Assembly (NCBI GenBank): GCA_009694045.1 | Contig: SHVY01000007.1 | Coordinates: 1,786 to 65,785 of the forward strand | Direction of reading: 5' to 3' | Origin: Alphaproteobacteria bacterium | GTDB lineage: Bacteria; Pseudomonadota; Alphaproteobacteria; SP197 | Length of the DNA: 64,000 nt | Part shown: piece by piece, positions 12,234-21,588 of the stretch | How the letters are laid out: every line of letters starts with the position of its first letter | Numbering within the stretch: the first letter of the stretch is position 1 | Position numbers and translations under genes: made by a program | Notes under the pieces: model-generated | The model's input: only the letters and a program-made list of their open reading frames with translations | Database searches by the model: none | Told to the model about the DNA's origin: nothing

Positions 12234-13217
12234 CTAGCGCGCCCCGGCCGTGATCTGCTCGGCCTTGCGGACCAGGGCCTCGGCCTGGCGGATCGAGGCC
12301 AGGTCGATCAGGCGGCCGTCGAGCGAGACCGCGCCCTTGCCTTCCGCCTGCGCCTGCTCCATGGCGGCGAGGATGCGCCGCGCCTTGCCGACTTCCTTGT
12401 CCGATGGACTGCACACCTCGTTCGCCAGCCCGACCTGGCTCGGATGGATCGCCCACTTGCCCTCGCAGCCGATCGCCGTCGCACGGTGGGCGGCGGCGCG
12501 GTAGCCGTCGGCGTCGCCGAAGTCGCCGAACGGGCCGTCGATCGGGCGCAACCCGTTGGCGCGGGCGGCCACGACCATGCGGGCGATGGCGTAGTGCCAT
12601 TGGTCGCCCCAGTGCGTGTCGCGCGGGCGGTCGCCGTCACGGTCGGTCAGCACGGCGTAGTTCGGATTGGCGCCGCCGATGTTGGTGGTGCGCGCCCGGG
12701 TCGAGGCCGAGAAGTCGGCGACCCCGAAGTGCAGCGATTCGTTGCGCCGGCTGGCCCCGGCGATCGCCTCGACGTTGGCGAGGCCCAGCGCGGTCTCGAT
12801 GATCAGCTCGAACCCCAGCCGCTTCCCCCGGCCCATCGCCGCCTCGATCTGGGTCGTCAGCATGTCCACGGCGTAGACATCGGCGGCAGTGCCCACCTTC
12901 GGGATCATGAACAGGTCCAGCCGGCCTCGGGTCTGCTCCAATACATCGACGACATCGCGGTACATGAAGTGGGTGTCCAGTCCGTTGATGCGGACCGACA
13001 GGGTCTTGGTGCCCCAATCGATGTCGTTGATCGCCGCGATCACGTTCCGGCGCGCCTGCGGCTTCTCGTCGGGCGCCACCGAATCCTCGAGATCGAGGAA
13101 GATCACGTCGGCGGCCGAGACCGCGGCCTTCTCGAACAGCTTGGCCTGGCTGCCCGGAACCGCGAGCTCGCTGCGGTTGATCCGTGCGGTCGCTTCCTGA
13201 ACGATCGTGAAACTCAT
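12234..13217 (-). CDS. mcl: L-malyl-CoA/beta-methylmalyl-CoA lyase (HpcH/CitE-like aldolase fold)
   Basis: 327 aa, near-collinear with Rhodobacter Mcl1 as I remember it (LFEK..AS.ADV..LDLEDSVAPD.K.QAR.N, GKWAIHP.QV.LANEV). AGGAGG ribosome-binding site before the ATG at 13217. Confidence 0.8.
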   Translation of the reverse strand: MSFTIVQEATARINRSELAVPGSQAKLFEKAAVSAADVIFLDLEDSVAPDEKPQARRNVIAAINDIDWGTKTLSVRINGLDTHFMYRDVVDVLEQTRGRLDLFMIPKVGTAADVYAVDMLTTQIEAAMGRGKRLGFELIIETALGLANVEAIAGASRRNESLHFGVADFSASTRARTTNIGGANPNYAVLTDRDGDRPRDTHWGDQWHYAIARMVVAARANGLRPIDGPFGDFGDADGYRAAAHRATAIGCEGKWAIHPSQVGLANEVCSPSDKEVGKARRILAAMEQAQAEGKGAVSLDGRLIDLASIRQAEALVRKAEQITAGAR

Positions 13218-13301
13218 GCTCGCTCCTCCTGTCAGGGGGCCGAGTCTGATCCAGCGCCGCCCGCCGCCCTGGTGGCTAAGTGCCCCGGGTCCAATCCCCT
13301 G

Positions 13302-14240
13302 TCAACCGGCGATCGGCCGCGATCGGCGCCCCAGGGGATGGTGCCGGACCACCGCCTCCTTGAGCTTCTCCTCCTGCACGTGGGTGTAGATCTGCGTGGT
13401 GGCGATGTCGGCATGGCCCAGCATCGTCTGGACGCTGCGCAGATCAGCGCCCCGGCCCACCAGATGGCTCGCGAAGGCGTGCCGCAGCACGTGGGGCGAG
13501 ACCCGGCCGGGAGCCAGGCCGGCGGCCACGGCCAGGGCCTTGAGCAGCAGGTTGAGATTCTGCCGCGTCAGGTGACCGGACCCGCCGCGCGATGGAAACA
13601 CCCACGCGCTGGTCCGGCCCTTGGGCACGAACCGGTCGCGCGCGGCCAGATAGTCGGCGAGCGCGGCCGCGGCCGGTTTTCCCATTGGCACCAGCCGTTC
13701 CTTGCCGCCCTTGCCGCGCACGATCAGGGCGCGACCGCGGCCATGGACGGCGACCATGGGCAGCCCGACCAGTTCCGAGACCCTGAGACCGGTCGCGTAC
13801 AGCAGCTCCAGCATGGCGCGCAGGCGCAACCCCTTCGCGTCGGTCGACACGGCAACGGCGGCCAGCAGGGCGCCGACTTCGGCTTCGCTCAGAACCTTTG
13901 GCAGGGACTGGCCCCGGCGCGGGCCGTCCACGGTGGCGGTGGGATCGTCCGCCCGGTCCCCCTCGGCGCACAGGAATCGGTAGAACTGGCGCAGGCACGA
14001 CAGGCGGCGGGCGGCCGTGCGGGGATCGCGGCCCTTGGCGGCCAGGCCGCCCAGGTACCCGCGGATCGCCCCGCTGGTGGCCCCGCCGAGGTCAAGCCCG
14101 AGGCCGGCGGCGAAGCGCTCGAAATCGGCCAGGTCGGCGCGATAGGCGGCCAGCGTGTTGCGGCTGGCGCCGCGCTCCACCACCAGCATCTCGAGAAACC
14201 GCTCGCATGCCCGATCGTCCCCGCCGGGCTCAGAGCCCAT
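13302..14240 (-). CDS. xerD: Site-specific tyrosine recombinase XerD
   Basis: N-terminal SAM-like domain with NTLAAYRADL (XerD-type), C-terminal catalytic residues R..HxxR..Y (LRHAFASHLV, TQIYTHV). The start is taken at MGSEPGG (ATG 14240); the ORF track extends it to 14411 with an Arg/Pro-rich false N-terminus. Confidence 0.8.
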   Translation of the reverse strand: MGSEPGGDDRACERFLEMLVVERGASRNTLAAYRADLADFERFAAGLGLDLGGATSGAIRGYLGGLAAKGRDPRTAARRLSCLRQFYRFLCAEGDRADDPTATVDGPRRGQSLPKVLSEAEVGALLAAVAVSTDAKGLRLRAMLELLYATGLRVSELVGLPMVAVHGRGRALIVRGKGGKERLVPMGKPAAAALADYLAARDRFVPKGRTSAWVFPSRGGSGHLTRQNLNLLLKALAVAAGLAPGRVSPHVLRHAFASHLVGRGADLRSVQTMLGHADIATTQIYTHVQEEKLKEAVVRHHPLGRRSRPIAG

Positions 14241-15987
14241 GGGCGAGCGCGCCTTCCAGGGCCAGGCGCCGCGCCTCGGTCCCCAGGCCGATCCGCCGCA
14301 AACCGTGAACCGCCGCCGCCACGGCAATCGCGGACGAGCCCGGACCGGCGTCGGCCAAGGCCACCAGCGCGAACAACACGGTTTCGCCGACCCGCCCCGC
14401 GGCCGCGGCATCGGCCAGGCCGATCAGAAGTCCGGCGGATGGCGGCTCGGCCGGGTCCAACGGCGCCTCGGCCCGCAGCCGGGCCGCCAGCAGGGGGCCG
14501 CCCGTCTCCCCCAGCGCCGCCAGCAAGGCCGCGAGCAGGTCCGCCTGGGCGTTGCGCGATGCCACTTCGCGGGTCGCTTCGGCCGCCTCCCACCACGCTA
14601 GAATCCGCGCCCGATCGCCTTCCCCGGGACCGGCCAGGCCGGCCAGCCGGGCGAGCGGCCACATCAGGGCGACCTCCGGGGCGGTCGGATCGGCGTTCGC
14701 CCGCTCCGCCGCGAGCCGCCACCAGGCCAGCGCCCGGCCGGGATCGTCGGCCGCGAGGGCAAGGCGCAGTGCCGTCGGTGCGAACCAGGCCAGGTCCGCC
14801 GTGGGTAACATGCCCCCCACCATCGGCACGAACAGGCGCGCGGTCGCGCCCGCGAACGCCGGCCCGCCGCCTTCGCGCGCGGCACCCTGGGCCGTGGTGA
14901 TTAAACTCGCGCGGCGCTCCGGATCGCCCTCGGCGCGGGCGGCCTGATAGAGCAAGGCCCGCTCGCGCGGGATGTGGACGTCCGAATTTCCCGCCTCCCG
15001 CAACTCCGTCGCCTCGAAGACGACCGATTGATAGGCCACGGCCAACTCTTCGGCGGCGATGGCCCCAAAGGTGGCCGCCACCTCCGCCGCGCCCAGGCGC
15101 ACATCCTCGGGCTGGGTCTCGGGTCCCGCCAGCAGCCGCAGGGCCAGCGGGTCGCGGCTTTCGACCACGGCGAACGGCAGCGCCACGCCGGCCAGCCGCG
15201 CCAGGGCGATGTCCACGAGCGTCGCGGCGGCGAAACTCTCGACCGCGACGGGGGATCCGTCCGCCACGGCCTCGACCAGGGTCGCGAAGGACGGCGGCAG
15301 GGAAGCCCCGCTCTCGGTCAGCACCGCGAGTCCCAGCCGCGCCCCTTCAGGGTTGCCGGTCGCGAGCTGGCAATAGATCAGCGCCATCTGCCAGGCGAGG
15401 TCGGGCCGTGCGCGCAAGGCCATCTCGGGTTCGGCGCACGCCGCGGCCGTCGCGCCGCGCGCCAGGGCGTCGCCGAACCTTGCCCGCGCCAGGGCCGAGG
15501 CGACGGCCCCCTCGGCGGGTCCCGCCCCCAAGCCTTCGGCGGGCAGGCCCAGGGCCTGCAACCGGTCGAGGCGCAGGGCGAGGAGATCTCGGGTGGCGAC
15601 GCCGCTCGGCGGCTCCGCCTGGGTCAACAGCAGGCGGCGCGCCAGGTCCAACAGGGTCGGCGAGCCGGGGATCGGCGCCAGGCGGGGCAGCAGCGCCTCG
15701 ACCACGGCGCGATCGGTGCCGCGCCACATGGCGACCCCAAGGCCCCCTGCGGCATCGCCAAGGGTGCCGGACGCCTCGGCCCCGATGGCGCCCGCCTCCA
15801 CCACCTCGAAGTCCGCGGTCGATTCAACCACTACCCCGCCGCTGGTCGTCGATTGATCCGCCGTCGCGCCCGTCCCGGACACCTCGGGAAGAATATTGAC
15901 CGGCTCGCTCGTCTGGGCGCTCGCCGCATGGACGAAGCCCACGAGGACCAGGGCGGCGATGGTCGAGCTACTGCGGAAAACGATCAT
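14230..15987 (-). CDS. Hypothetical secreted Ala-rich protein (signal peptide, about 585 aa)
   Basis: The long ORF starts with a signal peptide (MIVFRSSSTIAALVLVGFVHAASAQ). Composition is A/L/G/E-rich and helical-repeat-like, with no recognisable catalytic motif. Its stop abuts the xerD start, consistent with an operon. Confidence 0.55.
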   Translation of the reverse strand: MIVFRSSSTIAALVLVGFVHAASAQTSEPVNILPEVSGTGATADQSTTSGGVVVESTADFEVVEAGAIGAEASGTLGDAAGGLGVAMWRGTDRAVVEALLPRLAPIPGSPTLLDLARRLLLTQAEPPSGVATRDLLALRLDRLQALGLPAEGLGAGPAEGAVASALARARFGDALARGATAAACAEPEMALRARPDLAWQMALIYCQLATGNPEGARLGLAVLTESGASLPPSFATLVEAVADGSPVAVESFAAATLVDIALARLAGVALPFAVVESRDPLALRLLAGPETQPEDVRLGAAEVAATFGAIAAEELAVAYQSVVFEATELREAGNSDVHIPRERALLYQAARAEGDPERRASLITTAQGAAREGGGPAFAGATARLFVPMVGGMLPTADLAWFAPTALRLALAADDPGRALAWWRLAAERANADPTAPEVALMWPLARLAGLAGPGEGDRARILAWWEAAEATREVASRNAQADLLAALLAALGETGGPLLAARLRAEAPLDPAEPPSAGLLIGLADAAAAGRVGETVLFALVALADAGPGSSAIAVAAAVHGLRRIGLGTEARRLALEGALAHGL

Positions 15988-16254
15988 TGGGGAGGACCTG
16001 TTCAATCCTGCCCGTGGGCGGCGGAATGTCCCGGGTCGCCAGGAAGACGCCGCCCGCGACGACCACGCCGGCCAGGAGAAGCCAAACGATGAGGGCGAAC
16101 TTGCGGGATAGGGGTTCTTGTCGGGAGCGGGGCACGTCCGGGTGAGCCTACGCGGGCAACTCGTTCGGCGCTTGCTGGCGCGGGACGGGCAGTCTATTAG
16201 CTTGAGCCGTGGCTTTCAACGCAGGCATGGCGCGGTCGCGCGCGGCCCAACCCC

Positions 16255-16815
16255 ATGGGCGCTGAACCCGTCGTCGACCGCACGATCGTCCTGGTGGGGC
16301 TGATGGGCGCCGGCAAGACCAGCATCGGACGGCGGCTCGCGGCCCGCCTGGGACTCGCCTTCGTCGACGCCGACACCGAGATCGAGCTGGCGGCCGGGTG
16401 CGGCATCGAGGAGATCTTCCGCGTCCAGGGCGAGCCGGCATTTCGCGCGGGCGAACGCAAGGTCATCGCCCGCCTGCTGCAACGGCCGCCGTTCATCCTC
16501 GCGACCGGCGGCGGGGCGTTCATGGCCCCCGAGACCCGAGCCTGCATCCGCGACGGTGCGATCTCCGTCTGGCTGAAGGCGGACGTCGACGTGCTGGTTG
16601 ATCGCCTGAGCAAGAGCCGCAAGCAGAATCGGCCGCTGTTGAAGAACGGTGATGTGCGCGCGACCCTGATGGGGTTGATGGAGCAGCGCCACCCGATCTA
16701 TGCCGAGGCCGACATCACGGTCGAATCCCTCGAGGGCCCGCACGAGGTCGTGGTGGAACGGATCGTCGCCGCCTTGCGCGAACGCACCGCGGCCGGTGCT
16801 TCCAGGCCGTCATGA
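16255..16815 (+). CDS. aroK: Shikimate kinase
   Basis: 186 aa with a Walker A motif GLMGAGKTSIGRRLA. Translationally coupled to aroB. Confidence 0.9.
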   Translation: MGAEPVVDRTIVLVGLMGAGKTSIGRRLAARLGLAFVDADTEIELAAGCGIEEIFRVQGEPAFRAGERKVIARLLQRPPFILATGGGAFMAPETRACIRDGAISVWLKADVDVLVDRLSKSRKQNRPLLKNGDVRATLMGLMEQRHPIYAEADITVESLEGPHEVVVERIVAALRERTAAGASRPS

Positions 16816-17933
16816 GCGAACAGCGCCTGCGGGTAGCACTCGGCGAACGAAGCTACGACGTCATCGTCGGGCCGGGGCTCCTCGCCCAGGCCGGCCGGCA
16901 TCTCGGGCCGTTGCTGGCGCGGCCCCGGACCTTCGTGGTCACCGACGCGACCGTCGCGACCCTGCACCTCGCGCCGTTGACGGCGGCGCTCGCGGCCGAC
17001 GGCATCGCCTGCCGGCCGATCGTCGTCCCGGCCGGCGAGGCGACCAAGGACTTCGCCCATCTGCGGCGGCTGATCGACGATCTGCTCGATGCCGGGGTCG
17101 AGCGCAGCGACCTGATCGTGGCCCTCGGCGGCGGCGTGGTCGGCGACCTGGCCGGGTTCGCCGCCGCCATCCTCCGGCGCGGCACGGGGTTCGTCCAGAT
17201 TCCGACCACCCTCCTCGCCCAGGTCGACAGTTCGGTGGGCGGCAAGACCGGCATCGACACGCGCCAGGGCAAGAACCTGGTGGGAAGCTTTCACCAGCCG
17301 CGGCTGGTGCTGGCCGATACCGGGACCCTCGACAGCCTGCCCCGGCGCCAGCTCCTGGCCGGCTACGCCGAGGTGGCGAAGGTCGGCTTGCTCGGCGACG
17401 CCCCGTTCTTCGCCTGGCTTGAGGTCCATGGCGAGGCCGTGATCCAGGGCGGGCCAGGGGCGCGGGCGCACGCCATCGCCACCTGCATCGCCGCCAAGGC
17501 CCGTATCGTCGAAGCCGACGAACACGAGCACGGCGACCGGGCCCTGCTCAACCTCGGCCACAGCTTCGGCCACGCCCTGGAGGCGGAAACCGGTTTCGGC
17601 GATGCCCTGCTGCACGGCGAGGCGGTCGCGATCGGCATGGTGCTCGCGTTCGCGCTGTCGTCCCGATTGGGGCTCTGCCCCGCCGCGGACACCGACCGGG
17701 TGCGGCGTCACCTGGCGGCCGTCGGGCTTCCCGCCGCCATCGCCGGGATCGCCGGTCCGGGCTGGAGCGGTACCATCCTCGCGAACCGCATGACCCAGGA
17801 CAAGAAGGTGCGCGACGGACGCCCGACCCTGGTGCTCGTAAGGGGGATCGGCCAGGCGTTCCTGTCGCGCGACCAGTCCTTCGCCAACCTGGCGCGGTTC
17901 CTCGACGATGCTCTCGGCGAGCGGACGGCATGA
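16812..17933 (+). CDS. aroB: 3-dehydroquinate synthase
   Basis: 373 aa with the GGGVVGDLAGFAAA NAD-binding motif and conserved metal ligands (HSFGHALE). Confidence 0.9.
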   Translation: MSEQRLRVALGERSYDVIVGPGLLAQAGRHLGPLLARPRTFVVTDATVATLHLAPLTAALAADGIACRPIVVPAGEATKDFAHLRRLIDDLLDAGVERSDLIVALGGGVVGDLAGFAAAILRRGTGFVQIPTTLLAQVDSSVGGKTGIDTRQGKNLVGSFHQPRLVLADTGTLDSLPRRQLLAGYAEVAKVGLLGDAPFFAWLEVHGEAVIQGGPGARAHAIATCIAAKARIVEADEHEHGDRALLNLGHSFGHALEAETGFGDALLHGEAVAIGMVLAFALSSRLGLCPAADTDRVRRHLAAVGLPAAIAGIAGPGWSGTILANRMTQDKKVRDGRPTLVLVRGIGQAFLSRDQSFANLARFLDDALGERTA

Positions 17934-19225
17934 TCGACACTCTCACCTGGCTGGTCGTCGGGCTGGTCTTCGTCCTGATGCTGATCTCGGCCTTCTTCTC
18001 GGCCTCGGAGACCGGGCTTACCGCGGCCTCGCGCGCCCGCCTGCATCACCTGGGGGAGGAGGGCAGCCGCCGCGCCCGGCTGGTGCAGCGCCTGATCGCC
18101 GACCGCGAGAAGCTGATCGGCACCATCCTGATCGGCAACAACCTGGTGAACATCCTGGCCTCGGCGCTCACCACCAGCCTGCTGATCCGGCTGTTCGGCG
18201 ACGCCGGCGTCGCCTACGCGACCATCATCATGACCGTGGTGATCGTGCTGTACGGCGAGATCATGCCGAAGAGCTACGCCATCCGGCACCCGGAGCGGAT
18301 CGCCATGCGCTTCGCCCCGGCGATGCGGCTGGTGGTGATCGCGCTGTCGCCGATCACCTTCGTGATGACCGGCTGGGCACGGCTGTCGCAGCGCCTGCTC
18401 GGGCTCGACATGGGGGCGGTCAGCACCGCGATCGCGCGGGAGGAGCTGCGCGGCGCCTTCTCGCTCCACGCCCGGCACGGCGGGATCGTCAAGGACGAGC
18501 AGGCGATGCTCGACAGCATCCTCGACCTGGACGACGTCGAGGTCGGCCAGGTGATGACCCATCGCCGCGCCATCAGCATGATCGACGTGGCCGCGTCACC
18601 CGCCGCGGTGATCGATTCGGTCCTAACGAGCGGCCACACCCGCATGCCGGTCTACGAGAACGATCCAGACAACGTAATCGGGGTGATCCACGCCAAGGAC
18701 GTGCTGCGCGCCGTGCGCGACGCCGGCGGCCGGCTCGACCGCTTCGACCTGCGCGATCTCGCCCAGGACCCCTGGTTCGTGCCCGACACGACCACGCTGC
18801 GCGACCAGCTCGAGGCCTTTCGCCGCCGCCGCATCCACTTCGCCCTGGTGGTCGACGAGTACGGCAGCCTCATGGGCCTCATCACCCTCGAGGACGTCCT
18901 CGAGGAAATCGTCGGCGAGATCGACGACGAGCACGACGTGCCGGTTCCGGGCGTCACCCGCAACGGCGATGGTTCGTACACCGTCGACGGCACGGTGCCG
19001 GTCCGCGACCTGAACCGCGAGTTCGACTGGCGCCTGCCCGAGGACGAGGCCGCGACCGTCGCCGGGCTGGTGATCCACGAGGCGCGCCAGATCCCGACCA
19101 TCGGTCAGGCCTTCGTCTTTCACGGATTCAAGTTCGAGATTCTCGCTCGGCAGCGGAACCAGGTGACGTCGCTCCGCCTCACCCCGCCGATCGAGCCCGC
19201 CGGCGAGGTCCCGACCTCCTCGTGA
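17930..19225 (+). CDS. CNNM/HlyC-CorC family transporter (DUF21-CBS-CorC_HlyC; TlyC-like)
   Basis: 431 aa with an N-terminal DUF21 membrane domain (ISAFFSASETGL), a CBS pair, and a C-terminal CorC/HlyC transporter-associated domain. Confidence 0.85.
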   Translation: MIDTLTWLVVGLVFVLMLISAFFSASETGLTAASRARLHHLGEEGSRRARLVQRLIADREKLIGTILIGNNLVNILASALTTSLLIRLFGDAGVAYATIIMTVVIVLYGEIMPKSYAIRHPERIAMRFAPAMRLVVIALSPITFVMTGWARLSQRLLGLDMGAVSTAIAREELRGAFSLHARHGGIVKDEQAMLDSILDLDDVEVGQVMTHRRAISMIDVAASPAAVIDSVLTSGHTRMPVYENDPDNVIGVIHAKDVLRAVRDAGGRLDRFDLRDLAQDPWFVPDTTTLRDQLEAFRRRRIHFALVVDEYGSLMGLITLEDVLEEIVGEIDDEHDVPVPGVTRNGDGSYTVDGTVPVRDLNREFDWRLPEDEAATVAGLVIHEARQIPTIGQAFVFHGFKFEILARQRNQVTSLRLTPPIEPAGEVPTSS

Positions 19226-20100
19226 TCGAGGCTCTGCTGCCCGTTCTCCTGCCGGTGATCCTGTGCGCCGGGCTGGGATTCGCGTGGACCCGCCTCGGGA
19301 CCCCGCTCGATCCGATCCAGGTCCGCACCGTGGTGACGAGCTTCGGCACCCCCTGCCTGATCTTCGCGACCCTGGTGAAGCTCGAGGTGTCCGCCCAGGC
19401 CCTCGCCACCATGGGGGTCACGATCCTCCTGGCGCTCGCCCTGTTCGCGGCGCTGGGCGTGACCATGCTCGCCTTCGCCCGCCTGCCGGCGCGGATCTAT
19501 CTGGCGCCCCTGGTGTTCGGCAACCTCGGCAACCTCGGTCTGCCGCTCTGCCTGTTCGCGTTCGGCCAGGTCGGGCTCGAGCTCGGCATCGTCGCCTTCG
19601 CGATCCAGAGCGTCATCTTCTTCACCCTGGGCGCCTGGTTGATCTCGGGCCGGACCTCGCCGTCCGCGTTCCTGCGCGCGCCGCAGCCCTACGCGGTCGC
19701 CGCCGCCCTGGCCTTCACCCTGACCGACACGGCCCCGCCCGCCTGGCTGTTCAACACCACCGACCTGCTGGCCGGCATGACCATCCCGCTGATGCTCATC
19801 ACCCTCGGCATTTCGCTGGGCAAGCTCGGGGTCGTGCGCCTGCGCCGCACCCTCGGCCTCGGCGCCCTGCGCCTAGCGCTGGGGGTCGCGGTCGGCCTTT
19901 TCCTGGCGCACGCCCTCGCCCTCGACGGCCCGGCGCGCGGCGTCACCATCATCCTCTGCTCGATGCCGAGCGCTGTCTTCAACTACCTGCTGGCCCTGCA
20001 CTTCCGGCAAAATCCGGAGGAGGTGGCGAGCCTGGTCGTGGCCACGACGCTCGGTGCCTTCCTGATCCTGCCCGGGGTATTGTTCATCGCCATGTCGTAA
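19222..20100 (+). CDS. AEC (auxin efflux carrier / malate permease-like) family transporter
   Basis: About 292 aa, highly hydrophobic with about 10 TM segments. GTG start overlaps the upstream stop (GTGA). The ORF track buries it inside a 730-aa alternative-frame artefact (17908-20100). Confidence 0.7.
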   Translation: MIEALLPVLLPVILCAGLGFAWTRLGTPLDPIQVRTVVTSFGTPCLIFATLVKLEVSAQALATMGVTILLALALFAALGVTMLAFARLPARIYLAPLVFGNLGNLGLPLCLFAFGQVGLELGIVAFAIQSVIFFTLGAWLISGRTSPSAFLRAPQPYAVAAALAFTLTDTAPPAWLFNTTDLLAGMTIPLMLITLGISLGKLGVVRLRRTLGLGALRLALGVAVGLFLAHALALDGPARGVTIILCSMPSAVFNYLLALHFRQNPEEVASLVVATTLGAFLILPGVLFIAMS

Positions 20101-20115
20101 CCGCCCGAGGATTCC

Positions 20116-20688
20116 ATGCCGCTTTCCCCGCCAGGCCCCCGCGAGCATCTGCACACCCGCCACATCACCTGCGAGGGCTTCCACCGCGCCGACGGGTTGT
20201 GGGATATCGATGCCCACCTGGTCGATACCAAGACCTATGCCTTCGAGAACCGGGATCGGGGCGTCATCCCGCCCGGCGGCCCGCTGCACGAGATGTGGCT
20301 GCGCCTGACCGTCGACGACGCCCTGGTGGTGCGCGAGGTCGAGGCGGTGACGGACGCCGGGCCGTTCACCGTGTGCCCCGATATCACCCCGGCCTTCAAG
20401 GCGCTCGCGGGCCTGAGGATCGGCCCCGGCTGGCGGGCGAAGGTGAAGGAGCTGCTGGGCGGCGTCCGCGGCTGCACTCACCTGGTCGAGCTGCTGACCC
20501 CGGTCGCGACCGTCGCGTTTCAGACCGCCTGGTCGAAGCGCCGCCGCGACCAGGCCCCGCGCGAAACGGCACCCGCGGCCGAGCGCAAGCCGGCCCACAT
20601 CGATGGCTGCCACGCGCTGGCCAGCACCGGGCCCGTGGTCAAGCGGGACTTCCCCAAGTGGTACGTCGGCGATCCACCGCGCGCCTAG
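20116..20688 (+). CDS. DUF2889-family hypothetical protein
   Basis: 190 aa with conserved Cys/His positions (CEGFHR, GCTHLVELL). Its TAG stop is embedded in the first CTAGTG palindromic element. Confidence 0.55.
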   Translation: MPLSPPGPREHLHTRHITCEGFHRADGLWDIDAHLVDTKTYAFENRDRGVIPPGGPLHEMWLRLTVDDALVVREVEAVTDAGPFTVCPDITPAFKALAGLRIGPGWRAKVKELLGGVRGCTHLVELLTPVATVAFQTAWSKRRRDQAPRETAPAAERKPAHIDGCHALASTGPVVKRDFPKWYVGDPPRA

Positions 20689-20850
20689 TGTCCCGATTCT
20701 GAAATTCGCCCGACCTTGCGGCAACCCTCGGAGCGAATTTCAGAATCGAAAGGACACTAGGAAATTATTGATTCTAGTGTCGTTTCTGGTTTCGAAGTTC
20801 GCATCCGAGGGTTGCCGCGTGATAGGGCGAACTTCGAAACCACGACACTA
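20685..20850. repeat. Tandem pair of CTAGTG...CACTAG hairpin elements (MITE/REP-like) in opposite orientations
   Basis: Element A, 20685-20761: CTAGTGTCCcgattctgaaattcgc / gcgaatttcagaatcgaaaGGACACTAG (about 25-bp arms). Element B, 20774-20850: CTAGTGTCGtttctggtttcgaagttcgc / gcgaacttcgaaaccaCGACACTAAG. The two loops are 15-nt reverse complements of each other (ttgcggcaaccctcgga versus tccgagggttgccgc). Confidence 0.6.
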
Positions 20851-21132
20851 AGCGGCCTCACGGGCTCGCTCCCGGATCTCGATCCGCCCGGCGTCGATCG
20901 CCAGGCGGCGATAGTACTCCAGCAGGAAGACCCGCAAACCGGCGGTCAGGCTCGACGCGCTGCGGGACCGGGCAACCCGTCCGCACAGGTCATGGATGGT
21001 GCAGCCTTCGACCCCGGCGATCTCGTCCAGGGCAAGCCACATCGCCGGCTCGAGCCGGACGCTGGTGCGATGTCCGGCCACGGAAACGTTGCAATTCCTC
21101 AAGGTTCTGGCCATTCGCGACATATCCTTCAA
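20848..21132 (-). CDS. Ribbon-helix-helix (RHH_4-like) domain protein
   Basis: 94 aa. The motif RTSVRLEPAMWLALDEIA fits the N-terminal beta-strand plus helix of RHH DNA-binding proteins. Confidence 0.55.
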   Translation of the reverse strand: MKDMSRMARTLRNCNVSVAGHRTSVRLEPAMWLALDEIAGVEGCTIHDLCGRVARSRSASSLTAGLRVFLLEYYRRLAIDAGRIEIRERAREAA

Positions 21133-21200
21133 GGGTTGAGGTATCCGGGGAATACCGCGCGTTAACTATAACGAAATCTACCTATAGTTGTAAACAGATA

Positions 21201-21221
21201 CCATCATTCCCTCAATGATGG
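21201..21221 (-). terminator. Possible hairpin terminator after bolA
   Basis: ccatcattccctcaatgatgg (8-bp stem) in an AT-rich pocket immediately downstream of the bolA stop. The T-run on the minus strand is weak. Confidence 0.3.
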
Positions 21222-21233
21222 ATTAAGGCGCGG

Positions 21234-21512
21234 CTACCCCGGCGCCGCCTCCCCGGGGGCCAGAACGGTCAGCGACAGGGCATGGACGGGGCCGGCAAGC
21301 TCGGCGGCGAGGCAGCGATAGACCAGCCGCTGGCGCTCGACGCGACCAACGCCGGCGAACCGGGGCGACACCAGAGTCACCTGGAAATGGGTCTCGCCCC
21401 CGGGCTTGGCGCCCGCATGTCCGATATGCCGATCGGAGTCGTCGACCACGTCCAGGCGCGTGGGTGAAAATTCCTCGGCCAACTTGGCGCGGATCGTCGC
21501 GGCGACGGTCAT
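21234..21512 (-). CDS. bolA: BolA-family protein
   Basis: 92 aa with the BolA signature (DDSDRHIGHAG..ETHF). Confidence 0.8.
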   Translation of the reverse strand: MTVAATIRAKLAEEFSPTRLDVVDDSDRHIGHAGAKPGGETHFQVTLVSPRFAGVGRVERQRLVYRCLAAELAGPVHALSLTVLAPGEAAPG

Positions 21513-21588
21513 CGGCGTCCTCTCCCTCCTGGGGCCACCAACTGGGGGCCGTTAACTTGCCAGTCATGGGACCGGCCGGCATAGTATC

